Assembly: GCA_002328585.1 (NCBI GenBank)
Contig: DCUV01000032.1
Coordinates: forward strand, 189,569 to 253,568
DNA from: Spirochaetia bacterium UBA2205
Lineage (GTDB): Bacteria > Spirochaetota > UBA4802 > UB4802
Length of the DNA: 64,000 nt
Reading direction: 5' to 3'
Position 1 is the stretch's first letter. The number at the start of each line of letters is the position of its first letter. The notes under the pieces are model-generated. The model had not been told where the DNA came from. It saw nothing but the letters and a program-made list of their open reading frames with translations, and did not search any database. Shown piece by piece: positions 29,363-39,113 of the stretch. Position numbers and translations under genes: made by a program.

Positions 29363-29956
29363 CTATATCCCCGTTGAGCGGGTGCGTGTGCCTATACCAA
29401 CATACACAGCATAATCATAGTTGTTATCAATATCAGCAACATCTTCAAACTGATTTTTGGTAAGGTTCCAGCCAAACCGTGCCTGAACATCCAGATAAAC
29501 AGCCTCGGCAATGGGAGCCATCCAGCCTGCAACAGCATTTACCCATAGGTCAACTTCTTTGTCAGGTTCATCAACACCCGAAGGTGTATCTGCGCTCATC
29601 ATGTACCGGGCAGAAATTCCAGGCCCAATGTATAAACCGCCGGCAGCTAGAAATTTCAATGAAATCATTGGCGAAAGGTAATAAAAAACAAGGTCGCTAT
29701 CATCGTCATTTACCAAACGTGCCCATTCCAATGAAACTCCCAGCAACCAGCCACCCAAGTTCAGGTTATACTCACCTTCTATTGCTACACCATTATTTTC
29801 CAGATCATCCATACCTGAAACATCAAATCCTACCGTATTCCACTGATAGCCTACACGTAAAAAAGCAACATCATCAGTTAGCTCCTGAGCCTGTAATCCA
29901 GTAGTCATACATGCCATGCATAAAGCCAGAATACACAACGACAATTTTTTAACCAT
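29363..29956 (-). CDS. outer-membrane beta-barrel protein (OmpA-like/OmpW-like fold)
   Basis: Signal peptide ending AQA, alternating aromatic/hydrophobic strands, and a C-terminal ...RSTGI. Confidence 0.55.
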   Translation of the reverse strand: MVKKLSLCILALCMACMTTGLQAQELTDDVAFLRVGYQWNTVGFDVSGMDDLENNGVAIEGEYNLNLGGWLLGVSLEWARLVNDDDSDLVFYYLSPMISLKFLAAGGLYIGPGISARYMMSADTPSGVDEPDKEVDLWVNAVAGWMAPIAEAVYLDVQARFGWNLTKNQFEDVADIDNNYDYAVYVGIGTRTRSTGI

Positions 29957-30217
29957 TGAAAACCTCCTGAAATAATATAATCTTTACTCATCTTTGTTTT
30001 ATGTATCATAAAACAAAATGCAATAATAGAGATTTCGCATTATAGCAATTAGAATATATGAAAATCAAGCCTTATTTTTATTCATGCACCTTTTTTTACC
30101 GGTACATTGGTCTTACTTATTTATGCTTATGGTATTAATGTTATTTTAGTAAATAGCCTATTTGCCATGCTTTTGATGAATGGTCATTGTTGATTAAAAA
30201 AAATTGGTTTTTATAAT

Positions 30218-30703
30218 CTATGGCTTACATCGGGTATATTTTCGTGGCAATCCCCAATAAAATCGGCAGCAATGAACACCTTCTTTAGTATCATATTCAA
30301 ATAGGTAGCTTCTATTTATCTCGTAAACCAGATAGTTATCGGTATCCCCTTTCCTTTCTGCTTCAATTAAGTTATTTAAAAATTGTGCAAACTCATCCAG
30401 CACATTTTCAACACAAAACGCAATCGCCTTGGCAACACTCATTTTCCATATTTTTTTAACATCCAGTAAATACTCATACTCCTTAAATGCTAAATATAAA
30501 TGCACCCTCTTCCATGGATTAAGCTTGTTCCTGCTTCTATACGAAATACCTTTAAACGCTTTTGCTGGTGCTTTTTCTTTTTTTGCGGCATAGATAAGAA
30601 GGTATACAATACATGAGTGAAGAGGCATATTAAATTTATCTGCTAAACTATAAAGTGTGTTTAAATGTTCATACGAAATACAAGTAGTGGTTTCAAAATC
30701 CAT
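30218..30703 (-). CDS. hypothetical protein
   Basis: 161-aa ORF with no motifs recognised. Confidence 0.4.
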   Translation of the reverse strand: MDFETTTCISYEHLNTLYSLADKFNMPLHSCIVYLLIYAAKKEKAPAKAFKGISYRSRNKLNPWKRVHLYLAFKEYEYLLDVKKIWKMSVAKAIAFCVENVLDEFAQFLNNLIEAERKGDTDNYLVYEINRSYLFEYDTKEGVHCCRFYWGLPRKYTRCKP

Positions 30704-30817
30704 GGTACAATCTCCTATATACTATAATTTTTCTATTTCATGATGGTAGACTATAAAATAACATCATATTATTCAACTATATTTTAATACTACATATTTT
30801 ATTGGTGTATTTATTAT

Positions 30818-31111
30818 TTACGCAATTGCATCAAAAAAAGTACCGGGAACTGTATACTGCATGTCTTTCTGTATAAATGCATTTTTTGTATACAGCGGCT
30901 CTTTATTGTCATTTATCTGTGAAAGTAAGCGAGCATGTTCATCCGGGGTTGGTTTTACATACTGTACATTATTTTCTAACCGCCGTGCGATGCCTTTGAT
31001 TGGGGTAATGCGCGTATCATCATATACAGGCCAAACCATCATTGTTGACTTTGGCTGTGATGAAACCGCCGATGGTAGTGAAAATAGCGATAATCCTTCA
31101 GATATCCTCAT
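30818..31111 (-). CDS. hypothetical protein
   Basis: 97-aa ORF 77 nt downstream of an RHH-like gene. The start is uncertain (internal MMVWP). Confidence 0.3.
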   Translation of the reverse strand: MRISEGLSLFSLPSAVSSQPKSTMMVWPVYDDTRITPIKGIARRLENNVQYVKPTPDEHARLLSQINDNKEPLYTKNAFIQKDMQYTVPGTFFDAIA

Positions 31112-31188
31112 GAAGCGATTATCGGCATAACAATATTAAAAATTAAGCCAATTATTTTACAAAGCTTCCCGTTTCATCAATGTTACCA

Positions 31189-31428
31189 TTAATCAACCAT
31201 GCTATAGTTTCCTTGCATAATTTCCTTTAACCTTTGCTTCAACTTCCTAACAAGGATAGGGTCATGTACAACTTCATCCATTTCGTTATTGGAAACTGTT
31301 ATTTCAGTACTATACAATACTGTTGCATATTCAATGCAATGAGATAAAGTTTGTCTTCCACCATCTGCAACCTTCTTCATCAACTCATATGAGGTATCAT
31401 CAATCCGCACAGTAATATTTTTAGTCAA
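31189..31428 (-). CDS. putative ribbon-helix-helix (CopG-like) DNA-binding protein
   Basis: N-terminal ITVRIDDTSYELMKKVA...RQTLSHCIEYA fits the RHH beta-strand plus two-helix pattern. Confidence 0.4.
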   Translation of the reverse strand: MTKNITVRIDDTSYELMKKVADGGRQTLSHCIEYATVLYSTEITVSNNEMDEVVHDPILVRKLKQRLKEIMQGNYSMVD

Positions 31429-31500
31429 TTACCATCATCATTATTATTCATACCTATTCATCAAAACGACGATCATCAATACTGACGCACATCGTTTATT

Positions 31501-33309
31501 TTATTTGTTTTTATTAATAATTATCTCATAGTCCCTGCCGGCATTCCAGAAAATATACCCCTGTGTGCCGGTATCAGTACATGCCTGTATCTGCTTCTGT
31601 ATATAGTCATATCCCCAGCCCGGGGAAAGCATGTTAAACGCCTGCAGGTAAGGGCGCACTGTTGCCTTTGAATTGATATATGCCCTGCTAATACTTTCAC
31701 GCACTATTGTATAATAACCCTCTGAGGTTATCTTCCCATTAAAAAATTTCCTCCCATAGTGCGACGGATACACCATAGGGCAGAGCACATCCACAATGCC
31801 TGTCATTGCCTCAATATCCTGCCCTAACCATTGACCAAATTCATACCATACAGTAAATCCATACACATCTGCTGATACAGGCACGGCAAGCGATGCTTTT
31901 GCTGTACGCAAAAAATCGGTAATGGCTTCATACTTATATATGCCGTTATCCGGTTTAAAGGTAAACACACATCTATTGACCGGGCCATCCGTAGGGAAGC
32001 GTACATAGTCAAACTGTATCTCATCAAAGCCTGCATCCTGTGCCTGCTGTGCAATCGCAATGGTATACCTGTGTACAAACTCGCTGTACGGATCAACCCA
32101 GTATTCTTTTGGATTTCCCTGCCATGCCTTTTTTGTTGCAGCATCAACAATTGCATACGTATGCTTAAAACCATTAAATAAATGCTTATCCTTAAAAACC
32201 ACCATACGCCCTATTACCTGTATGCCATTGGCGTGACAATAATTGCACAGCTCATGTAAAGGCAGTGATGATTGCAAAGCACCTATCACACCTGCTGTTT
32301 CATTGTTTATGCCATACACATTGCCATAATCATCTTTAATGTCAAACACCAGCGCGTTGCATCCTGAGCGTTTTGCATACCCCACACACTTTTTGATAGC
32401 CTGCCATGAGGTAGGCGTGGCGGCATATAATCCTCTAATGGAATCGTTTCTGGTTTTCGCTGCTTTTACAAAAATATAATGGGTGCCATCGGTCAATACG
32501 GCACAACAAAAGTTTTTTGGCGATAGTTCCTGATAAACAAATGTTCCGTTGTTATTTACAACCAGTTTATCACCATCAACTATCGCCCAGCCACCTTCGT
32601 AAAGAGAACATCCATAGTAATGACCGCCATTCCCTGCAAACACCATCTTCCAGCCTGACGCACCGTATGAATATACCTGCGGTGTAAAATGTGTTGCCGC
32701 CCGTACCGGCGAGCCACCGGAAACATGCGCAATTGTTTCATAAAAGCCAATGCTGTCCGAATACATCTTCCTGGGCAAACCGCCGTTTACTGCAACAAAC
32801 CTGTTTGCCGTATGACGGTATATGCCATTCCACGATGTTCCCACAACAAGCTGCCCGCCCTTTGCATAGAGCGCAGTAATACATGCATTGGCAGGAAGTC
32901 CTGCTAATGGTATAACCTCCCAACGTTTGCCCGCATCACCTGATGTATACAGCGTGTATTTTGTTGCACAGTACATACGGGTGGGGTCATAGCCATCAAC
33001 ACAAAATGCTGATATGCTTCGATACTGATTACACGGTGAATGTATGGTGCGTGTATATGCGCTTGCAGGGGTTATATTTTCCCAGTAACTATCGCCACCA
33101 TTATTTTTAAAAATACCATGCTGCGATGTTGTAAGGTATATGATTTTCCCATGAACCTGAATATCATTGATGGCAATGTTTGCTGATAATCCTTTACATT
33201 TTTCTTCATGATAATATAAAAAGCCATTGTTTTGTACCAGCAATGGCTTCCATGAAGCATATACCGTTGAAGAAAAAACAAGAATAAGGCTAAGCGCTAA
33301 ACTTTTCAT
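31501..33309 (-). CDS. secreted BNR-repeat protein with C-terminal putative glycoside-hydrolase TIM-barrel (DUF4015-like) domain
   Basis: Signal peptide, Asp-box (SGDAGKRW), and C-terminal motifs FDEIQFDYVRFP and MVYPSHY typical of GHL/DUF4015 domains. Confidence 0.6.
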   Translation of the reverse strand: MKSLALSLILVFSSTVYASWKPLLVQNNGFLYYHEEKCKGLSANIAINDIQVHGKIIYLTTSQHGIFKNNGGDSYWENITPASAYTRTIHSPCNQYRSISAFCVDGYDPTRMYCATKYTLYTSGDAGKRWEVIPLAGLPANACITALYAKGGQLVVGTSWNGIYRHTANRFVAVNGGLPRKMYSDSIGFYETIAHVSGGSPVRAATHFTPQVYSYGASGWKMVFAGNGGHYYGCSLYEGGWAIVDGDKLVVNNNGTFVYQELSPKNFCCAVLTDGTHYIFVKAAKTRNDSIRGLYAATPTSWQAIKKCVGYAKRSGCNALVFDIKDDYGNVYGINNETAGVIGALQSSLPLHELCNYCHANGIQVIGRMVVFKDKHLFNGFKHTYAIVDAATKKAWQGNPKEYWVDPYSEFVHRYTIAIAQQAQDAGFDEIQFDYVRFPTDGPVNRCVFTFKPDNGIYKYEAITDFLRTAKASLAVPVSADVYGFTVWYEFGQWLGQDIEAMTGIVDVLCPMVYPSHYGRKFFNGKITSEGYYTIVRESISRAYINSKATVRPYLQAFNMLSPGWGYDYIQKQIQACTDTGTQGYIFWNAGRDYEIIINKNK

Positions 33310-34972
33310 GGAACATGCTCTCGTTCATGATGATATAGGTGTATCCTTGCTCGGTTAAAAAAAGTTGGCGGTTATGAGCAAAATGTTCCTCAACCGTATG
33401 AGCGGTAATGATTGAATAAAAGTAAGCGGTATTATCGCCTGGCTTTGGGCGCAAAATCCTCCCCAGCCGTTGTGCCTCTTCCTGCCTTGAACCAAATGTG
33501 CCTGACACCTGAATGGCAACGTTTGCATCCGGCAGGTCAATAGAAAAATTTGCAACCTTTGATACAATGAGCCGCGTAATAGTACCATCTCTAAATTGTT
33601 TGTAGAGCTCTTCGCGCTCCTTTACCGGTGTACTTCCGGTTATGATAGGATAGTTAAAACGCTCTTTTATTATTTGCAACTGATCAATATATTGTCCAAT
33701 AATCAATATTCTGTCTTTGGGATGTGCGTTGAGGAGCCTTTCAATGTAGTATAGTTTTTTTTCGTTTTCTGATGCTATTCTAAATTTTTGCCTGTCGCCT
33801 GCCACGGTGTATTGATAGCGTATGCTTTCAGGCAGTTCAATGCGTATCTCGGAACAGATTGCCTTTGCAATCCAGTTGCATTCTTCCAGCATCTTCCATG
33901 GCATATCAAATTTTTTAGGCCCAATGAGGCTAAATACATCTGTCTCAAGTCCATCCTCGCGCACCAGTGTGGCGGTAAGCCCTAACCTGCGTTTTGATTG
34001 AATCTCGGCAGTCATCCTGAACACTGGAGCTGGCAGTAGATGTACCTCATCGTATACAATAAGCCCCCAGTTGTTTTCCGTAAACAGTTTAAAATGTTTA
34101 AATTCATCTTCTTTTTTTCGACGGTAGGTTAATATGTTATAGGTGGCGATAGTTACCGATTTTATATCCTTAACATCACCGGAATACTCACCAATCATGT
34201 CAGGTGGTAGTGTTGTCTTATCCAGCAGTTCATCAATCCACTGGCGCAATGCAACGGTGTTGGTTACAAGGATAAGCGTCTTTGTTTGATAGATATGCAT
34301 GATGCCCATCCCAACAATGGTTTTCCCCGCACCACAGGGAAGCACAACAACACCGCTTCCCCCTTCATCACTGCCATGCCTATAAAAGCTGTTTATTGCG
34401 TTTTGTTGATAATCACGGATAACAAACGGACTACCACTTTGCGTAACCGTTCGCAATGCAAATGGACAGGGGTCACCATCAATATAGCCGGCTTTATCCT
34501 CAACAGGAAATCCTATTTTTATAAGAGCCTGTTTTATATGTCCACGACTGTATGGTTTTATTACCAGTTCATAGTCGGATAACTGGCTATCAATAAACTT
34601 TTGTATGGATTTATGGGTAACTATCTCACGAATGATATGAGCATCATTACTTTGCAATATACAATTTTCATTGTGTTTTATTAATGTCAAAAGTCCATAC
34701 CGCTGCATCTGTTCTTTAATGGTGGTGACAACAATTGATGGTACATCATACCGGGAATACTGTGCAATTCGCTCAAGTATTTCTTTTGTAGTTAATCCCG
34801 ATGATGCTGCATTCCACAGGGATAATGGTGTGATCCTGTATGTATGTATATGTTCAGGACTTTTTTCAAGTTCGGCAAATGGAAGAATAGCATCCCGCAC
34901 CTCTTCATATAGCGGGTTGTCTACTTCCAGCAGCAGAGTATTATCACTCTGAACGATAAGTGGCTGTATCAT
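33290..34972 (-). CDS. XPB/Ssl2-family DNA repair helicase (SF2)
   Basis: RDYQQNAINSF, SGVVVLPCGAGKT (Walker A), VYDEVHLLPA (DEVH box), GLTATLVRED, and the N-terminal XPB damage-recognition-like domain. Confidence 0.85.
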   Translation of the reverse strand: MIQPLIVQSDNTLLLEVDNPLYEEVRDAILPFAELEKSPEHIHTYRITPLSLWNAASSGLTTKEILERIAQYSRYDVPSIVVTTIKEQMQRYGLLTLIKHNENCILQSNDAHIIREIVTHKSIQKFIDSQLSDYELVIKPYSRGHIKQALIKIGFPVEDKAGYIDGDPCPFALRTVTQSGSPFVIRDYQQNAINSFYRHGSDEGGSGVVVLPCGAGKTIVGMGIMHIYQTKTLILVTNTVALRQWIDELLDKTTLPPDMIGEYSGDVKDIKSVTIATYNILTYRRKKEDEFKHFKLFTENNWGLIVYDEVHLLPAPVFRMTAEIQSKRRLGLTATLVREDGLETDVFSLIGPKKFDMPWKMLEECNWIAKAICSEIRIELPESIRYQYTVAGDRQKFRIASENEKKLYYIERLLNAHPKDRILIIGQYIDQLQIIKERFNYPIITGSTPVKEREELYKQFRDGTITRLIVSKVANFSIDLPDANVAIQVSGTFGSRQEEAQRLGRILRPKPGDNTAYFYSIITAHTVEEHFAHNRQLFLTEQGYTYIIMNESMFHEKFSA

Positions 34973-35408
34973 ATCCGTTAAATTTTTGTTTTACTATTGT
35001 TTCTAAAATTGTGAGTTCTTTAGTAAGTCTGTGTTTTATTATAGCACTTAGAAAAGGCTGAACAATAAAATACCGTAAAGGGAGCGCTATAGAACAATCT
35101 ACTGTGACATCGGTTTTATTGTCAGATTTTACAAATGTATAGGTATAGCTATATTCCCTGATAGTCCCTTTTAATTTTTTTAGCTCACAGTATTTAAAAG
35201 GTATCGCAGTATAGGTAAATCTCATTGGAAAATTTTTTACAATAAAACGAATATCTACATCAATAAGCTGTAATCCTTCTTCATCACGAGCTATGCGATA
35301 GCTCCTGAAAGCGGGTTTTAACCGTGCCAATTTATTGATATGGTCTATCGCTGAATAAACCTCGTCAATGGGGAATGGGATTGTTCTGGAAATGGTTACT
35401 TTTATCAT
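34944..35408 (-). CDS. SRPBCC (START/Bet v1-like) family protein
   Basis: About 150 aa with the typical pattern of polyketide-cyclase/START-like proteins. Overlaps the XPB start by 29 nt. Confidence 0.5.
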   Translation of the reverse strand: MIKVTISRTIPFPIDEVYSAIDHINKLARLKPAFRSYRIARDEEGLQLIDVDIRFIVKNFPMRFTYTAIPFKYCELKKLKGTIREYSYTYTFVKSDNKTDVTVDCSIALPLRYFIVQPFLSAIIKHRLTKELTILETIVKQKFNGYDTATYRSE

Positions 35409-35477
35409 GATACATCTCTTTTACCAAAAATTGCACCATGTATTCTGCATCCCATGAAAAATTTGTCAAATACTTAA

Positions 35478-36560
35478 TTACGCTGTTTCAAACAATACAA
35501 AATAATACAGTCTCCCTCCACATTTCATCCAGCATGGGTTGCCTGATGCCAAAACCGAATTGGACTGGTCATCTTTGTTGATGAATATTATCTTAAACCT
35601 TTTCTTTTTTTTGCCAATCTTTCGGGCAATTACATTGAACGGTACATAAACAATAAAGCTTAAAGCAAAAAGAATAATCATATATTGTGAATACACTGCT
35701 TTATCCATTTGTAAAAGCGCTGTCATGTAGTATACAAGTCCAGTAGTAATAAATGTTAACGCTACCCAATATGCTAAATCAGAAATGGTGAAGAACAAAA
35801 AGTTTTTATTTTTAAAAGCAGAACGCAACGCTTCAAACGTCCCCTCGGTAGAAACATTTTATTCACAATACCTGCGTTCATCTATAACCAGTACTGGCAG
35901 ATACATAAGGATTAGTGATATTCCACCAAATATAACCATCACGTCTGAAAGGTCCGGAGAGAACTATATCCATAGCTTTTTTCAAACATTGATTGCAGCG
36001 CCACAGCCTGTGAGCCTATTGCAAATCCTATAGCCCATGTAATTGAAATGAGCGTACTTAAAAAAAGCCGTTCATGGTGATTATGACCTAACTCAGATAA
36101 CCATGCAAAAAATAGTGTTACATACATGGTCATAAACAGGTAAAAAAGTGTCCCCACAACAAAAAGTCATACCACATTCTATGGGGACATTGCATTAACC
36201 GGAGGGGTAAATGCCAATATACTCAAAAGAGCAAAAGGGAGTCTGCTAATTGCCAAAAATTTTCTGCGCCTTCCAAAGCTTGATTTTGACCTGTCCGACA
36301 TTGCTGCAATAATAGGATCAGTAATAGCATCCCACAACCTACCAAACGCATAGATTAATCCAATAATAGTCAAAACACCTATAACATACCTCTGATAACT
36401 GTAGCATGGAAAGATTGTACTGTTACCTTCCTTCGATGGCAGATAAAAATATACCAGAAGGTTCCCAACGCTGGATGAATCAAGTGACCATCATACTGGC
36501 CCTAAAGCACAGGTAATCTTTTCCCATAGCTGAAGCATATAATATTTTGCATGACTTCTC
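35478..36560 (-). pseudogene. degraded GPH-family (MelB-like) sugar:cation symporter
   Basis: Three ORF fragments (36373-36179, 36157-35939, 35828-35478) plus upstream remnants carry GPH signatures (GRLWDAITDPIIA...SDRSKSSFGRRRKF). Two in-frame stops lie between fragments 1 and 2, and there is a frameshift before fragment 3. Confidence 0.65.
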
Positions 36561-36734
36561 CTCATACCGCCTATTATATCGTTATCGATAATTATATATC
36601 ATATAATGAATTGCAAATATTTTTTCACATAGTAACCACCACACTTGCAACTGATTGAAATAAAATTTGACTTCAGTAACGTCCAATGTACCCTTATAAT
36701 TTTCAACTATGACAAATATAATGTGGTTTTCATT

Positions 36735-38861
36735 TTAACTGGTGGCAGTTTTTGGAACAATTGTTTGCTTTTGTAAAACCATACGCGCATCAACAGCAAT
36801 ACACCCTTCGCCTTTGGGATATACCATAACAGGGTTGCATTCAATATCAGCAATTTCATCAATAGTCGAAATAGCATAGCTTAAAGTCATAATCACTTCA
36901 CTTAATGCTTCTCCATCAAGAGGTTCTTTACCTCTGAAGCCATCAAACAACTGTGCAGATTTCAACTGCTGTATCATATCCCATGCTTCAGCTTTTGTAA
37001 CCGGGGCTAACCGTATAGCTATATCTTTAAAAAGTTCAACATATATTCCCCCTAATCCAACCATTACAATGGGACCAAAGACCGGGTCTTTTTGTGCTCC
37101 TACAATAAACTCAACTCCTGCTTTTGCCATTGTATGTACATATATGCCTTTAAATACTGCATTGGGATTATAATCATACAGTGACTGTTGCATATCTATA
37201 AAAGCATCTTCCAATTGTTCAACATCCATTATATTGAGCCTGACTCCATCAACCTCCGTTTTATGAGTTGCATCAGGTGATACAATTTTTGCCACAACCG
37301 GAAATTGGAATTTCTTTGCAAAAATTTCATCAGCTGTTGTAATAAGTGTACCATTGACAATGGGCAGGCCAATGGATTCACAAAAACTGATTGATTCATC
37401 CAACAGCAGATTTTTGTTGTTGCACAATAGATCATTTACCATGGTAAAATTTTGTTTAACCTTCTCCATTTTCCCATGGTCAATATCACCTCTATTATTC
37501 CGTATTTGCTTTTTTTGATAATACTCTGCTGATATTGCAAGTGCATGTGCAGCACTGTATGGGGTGTTGAATATCGGCATAGGATGATTCATATTTATAT
37601 CCAGCATTTCCTGTGCATCAGATATCATGGCAATCATGACTGGTTTATTATATTCTTTGATAAGTCGTTCTACGGTATCTAAAAATGTCCGTGACATAGT
37701 AGCTTCATATTCTGATTGATAGAGATGGTTAAACAGTATACCATCAACATTATCCAGCTTAATAGTTTCTTCAACTATTCTGCCAAATATGGTATAATCA
37801 AAAATTTCTCCAAGATCCAGCGGATTCTGATGAGCTATGATGCGTGTGTTATAAATGGTACATATTATATCAATATATGATTGCGGGAATGAAACCAGGT
37901 TGAAATTATATTTGGCACACGCATCTGCCGAGATAACGGCATGCCCTCCTGAACGTGACAACACAGCAACATTTCGCCCTTTCATTAGTGGAAGCTGCAT
38001 TGCTTTGACAGCTTTAATCATCTCTTCTTCATCTTCTGCTCGTATCACTCCGCTCTGTGCAAAGGCTGCATCAACGATTGCATCACTGGCAGATAGTGCC
38101 GTTGTGTGAGATTGAGCAATCTTAGCACTGATAGGCGACCTGTTGGATTTATGTACAATAATGGGTTTTTCGGATAAACGGGCAATTTCAAAAAATTCCT
38201 TTCCTCTATTAAATCCTTCAAGATAGCATAATATTATTCTGGTTTCTTCATCCTCATTTACTAAATAGTTTATAAAATCAACTTCATCAAGCATTAACTT
38301 ATTACCAATACTAATAAATTTATTCATAAATATATGATTTTCAGGGAGAGCGTGTAAATAAGTGTTCCCAATGCCCCCACTTTGTGAAATCAGTGATACC
38401 TGCCCTGCCTCCGGGATGTTCTGGATAAATGCAAATGGCATAATTATCTTTTCTTCAAAATTTATTATTCCTATACAATTGGGACCTATAATCTGGATTC
38501 CATATTTTTTTGCTATTTCAAGTATTTGTTCCTCCATAGTTTGCTCTTGTTCAGAATATTCACTAAACCCTCCTGATTCAATAACAACATGGCAAATACC
38601 CTTTTTACCACATTTTTCTAACTGTTCAGGAACGGTTTTCGCGGGGGTTATTATGATTGCTACTTCCGGGCTTTCTGGCAAATCCAGAATGTCTTTATAT
38701 ATCCTTACCCCCTCTAGTTCTCCTTCATGGGTGCTTACACCATACAGCATCCCTTTATATCCCTGCCGTATATTATTTAGAAGTATTATCTTGCCTAAAT
38801 TTATTTTTGTTAATGAAACACCAACTACAACCATGCTCCCGGGGTAAAAAAATGTTTTCAT
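36735..38861 (-). CDS. acetate--CoA ligase family protein (ADP-forming, fused alpha/beta)
   Basis: CoA-binding N-terminus (MVVVGVS...), succinyl-CoA-synthetase-like flavodoxin and ATP-grasp regions. 708 aa. Confidence 0.8.
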   Translation of the reverse strand: MKTFFYPGSMVVVGVSLTKINLGKIILLNNIRQGYKGMLYGVSTHEGELEGVRIYKDILDLPESPEVAIIITPAKTVPEQLEKCGKKGICHVVIESGGFSEYSEQEQTMEEQILEIAKKYGIQIIGPNCIGIINFEEKIIMPFAFIQNIPEAGQVSLISQSGGIGNTYLHALPENHIFMNKFISIGNKLMLDEVDFINYLVNEDEETRIILCYLEGFNRGKEFFEIARLSEKPIIVHKSNRSPISAKIAQSHTTALSASDAIVDAAFAQSGVIRAEDEEEMIKAVKAMQLPLMKGRNVAVLSRSGGHAVISADACAKYNFNLVSFPQSYIDIICTIYNTRIIAHQNPLDLGEIFDYTIFGRIVEETIKLDNVDGILFNHLYQSEYEATMSRTFLDTVERLIKEYNKPVMIAMISDAQEMLDINMNHPMPIFNTPYSAAHALAISAEYYQKKQIRNNRGDIDHGKMEKVKQNFTMVNDLLCNNKNLLLDESISFCESIGLPIVNGTLITTADEIFAKKFQFPVVAKIVSPDATHKTEVDGVRLNIMDVEQLEDAFIDMQQSLYDYNPNAVFKGIYVHTMAKAGVEFIVGAQKDPVFGPIVMVGLGGIYVELFKDIAIRLAPVTKAEAWDMIQQLKSAQLFDGFRGKEPLDGEALSEVIMTLSYAISTIDEIADIECNPVMVYPKGEGCIAVDARMVLQKQTIVPKTATS

Positions 38862-39113
38862 GTCAACCTCATATAATTATCATACAATATTACATCTTTA
38901 ACGATATGTTATAGCTATATTTTAATAGTCAAGTAATTTTACTTTCATTATTTTATTTTAATGCTATTGTTATTGACGGTATATCAGGCTTGCTATATGA
39001 TACGCAATGATTAAAGATTCTTTTGATAGTATTTTGCAGGAATGAACATTAAAGTTTTACATGTCTACTGTTATTTTATAAGGGGGTCTTTACTATTATC
39101 ATAACACATACAT

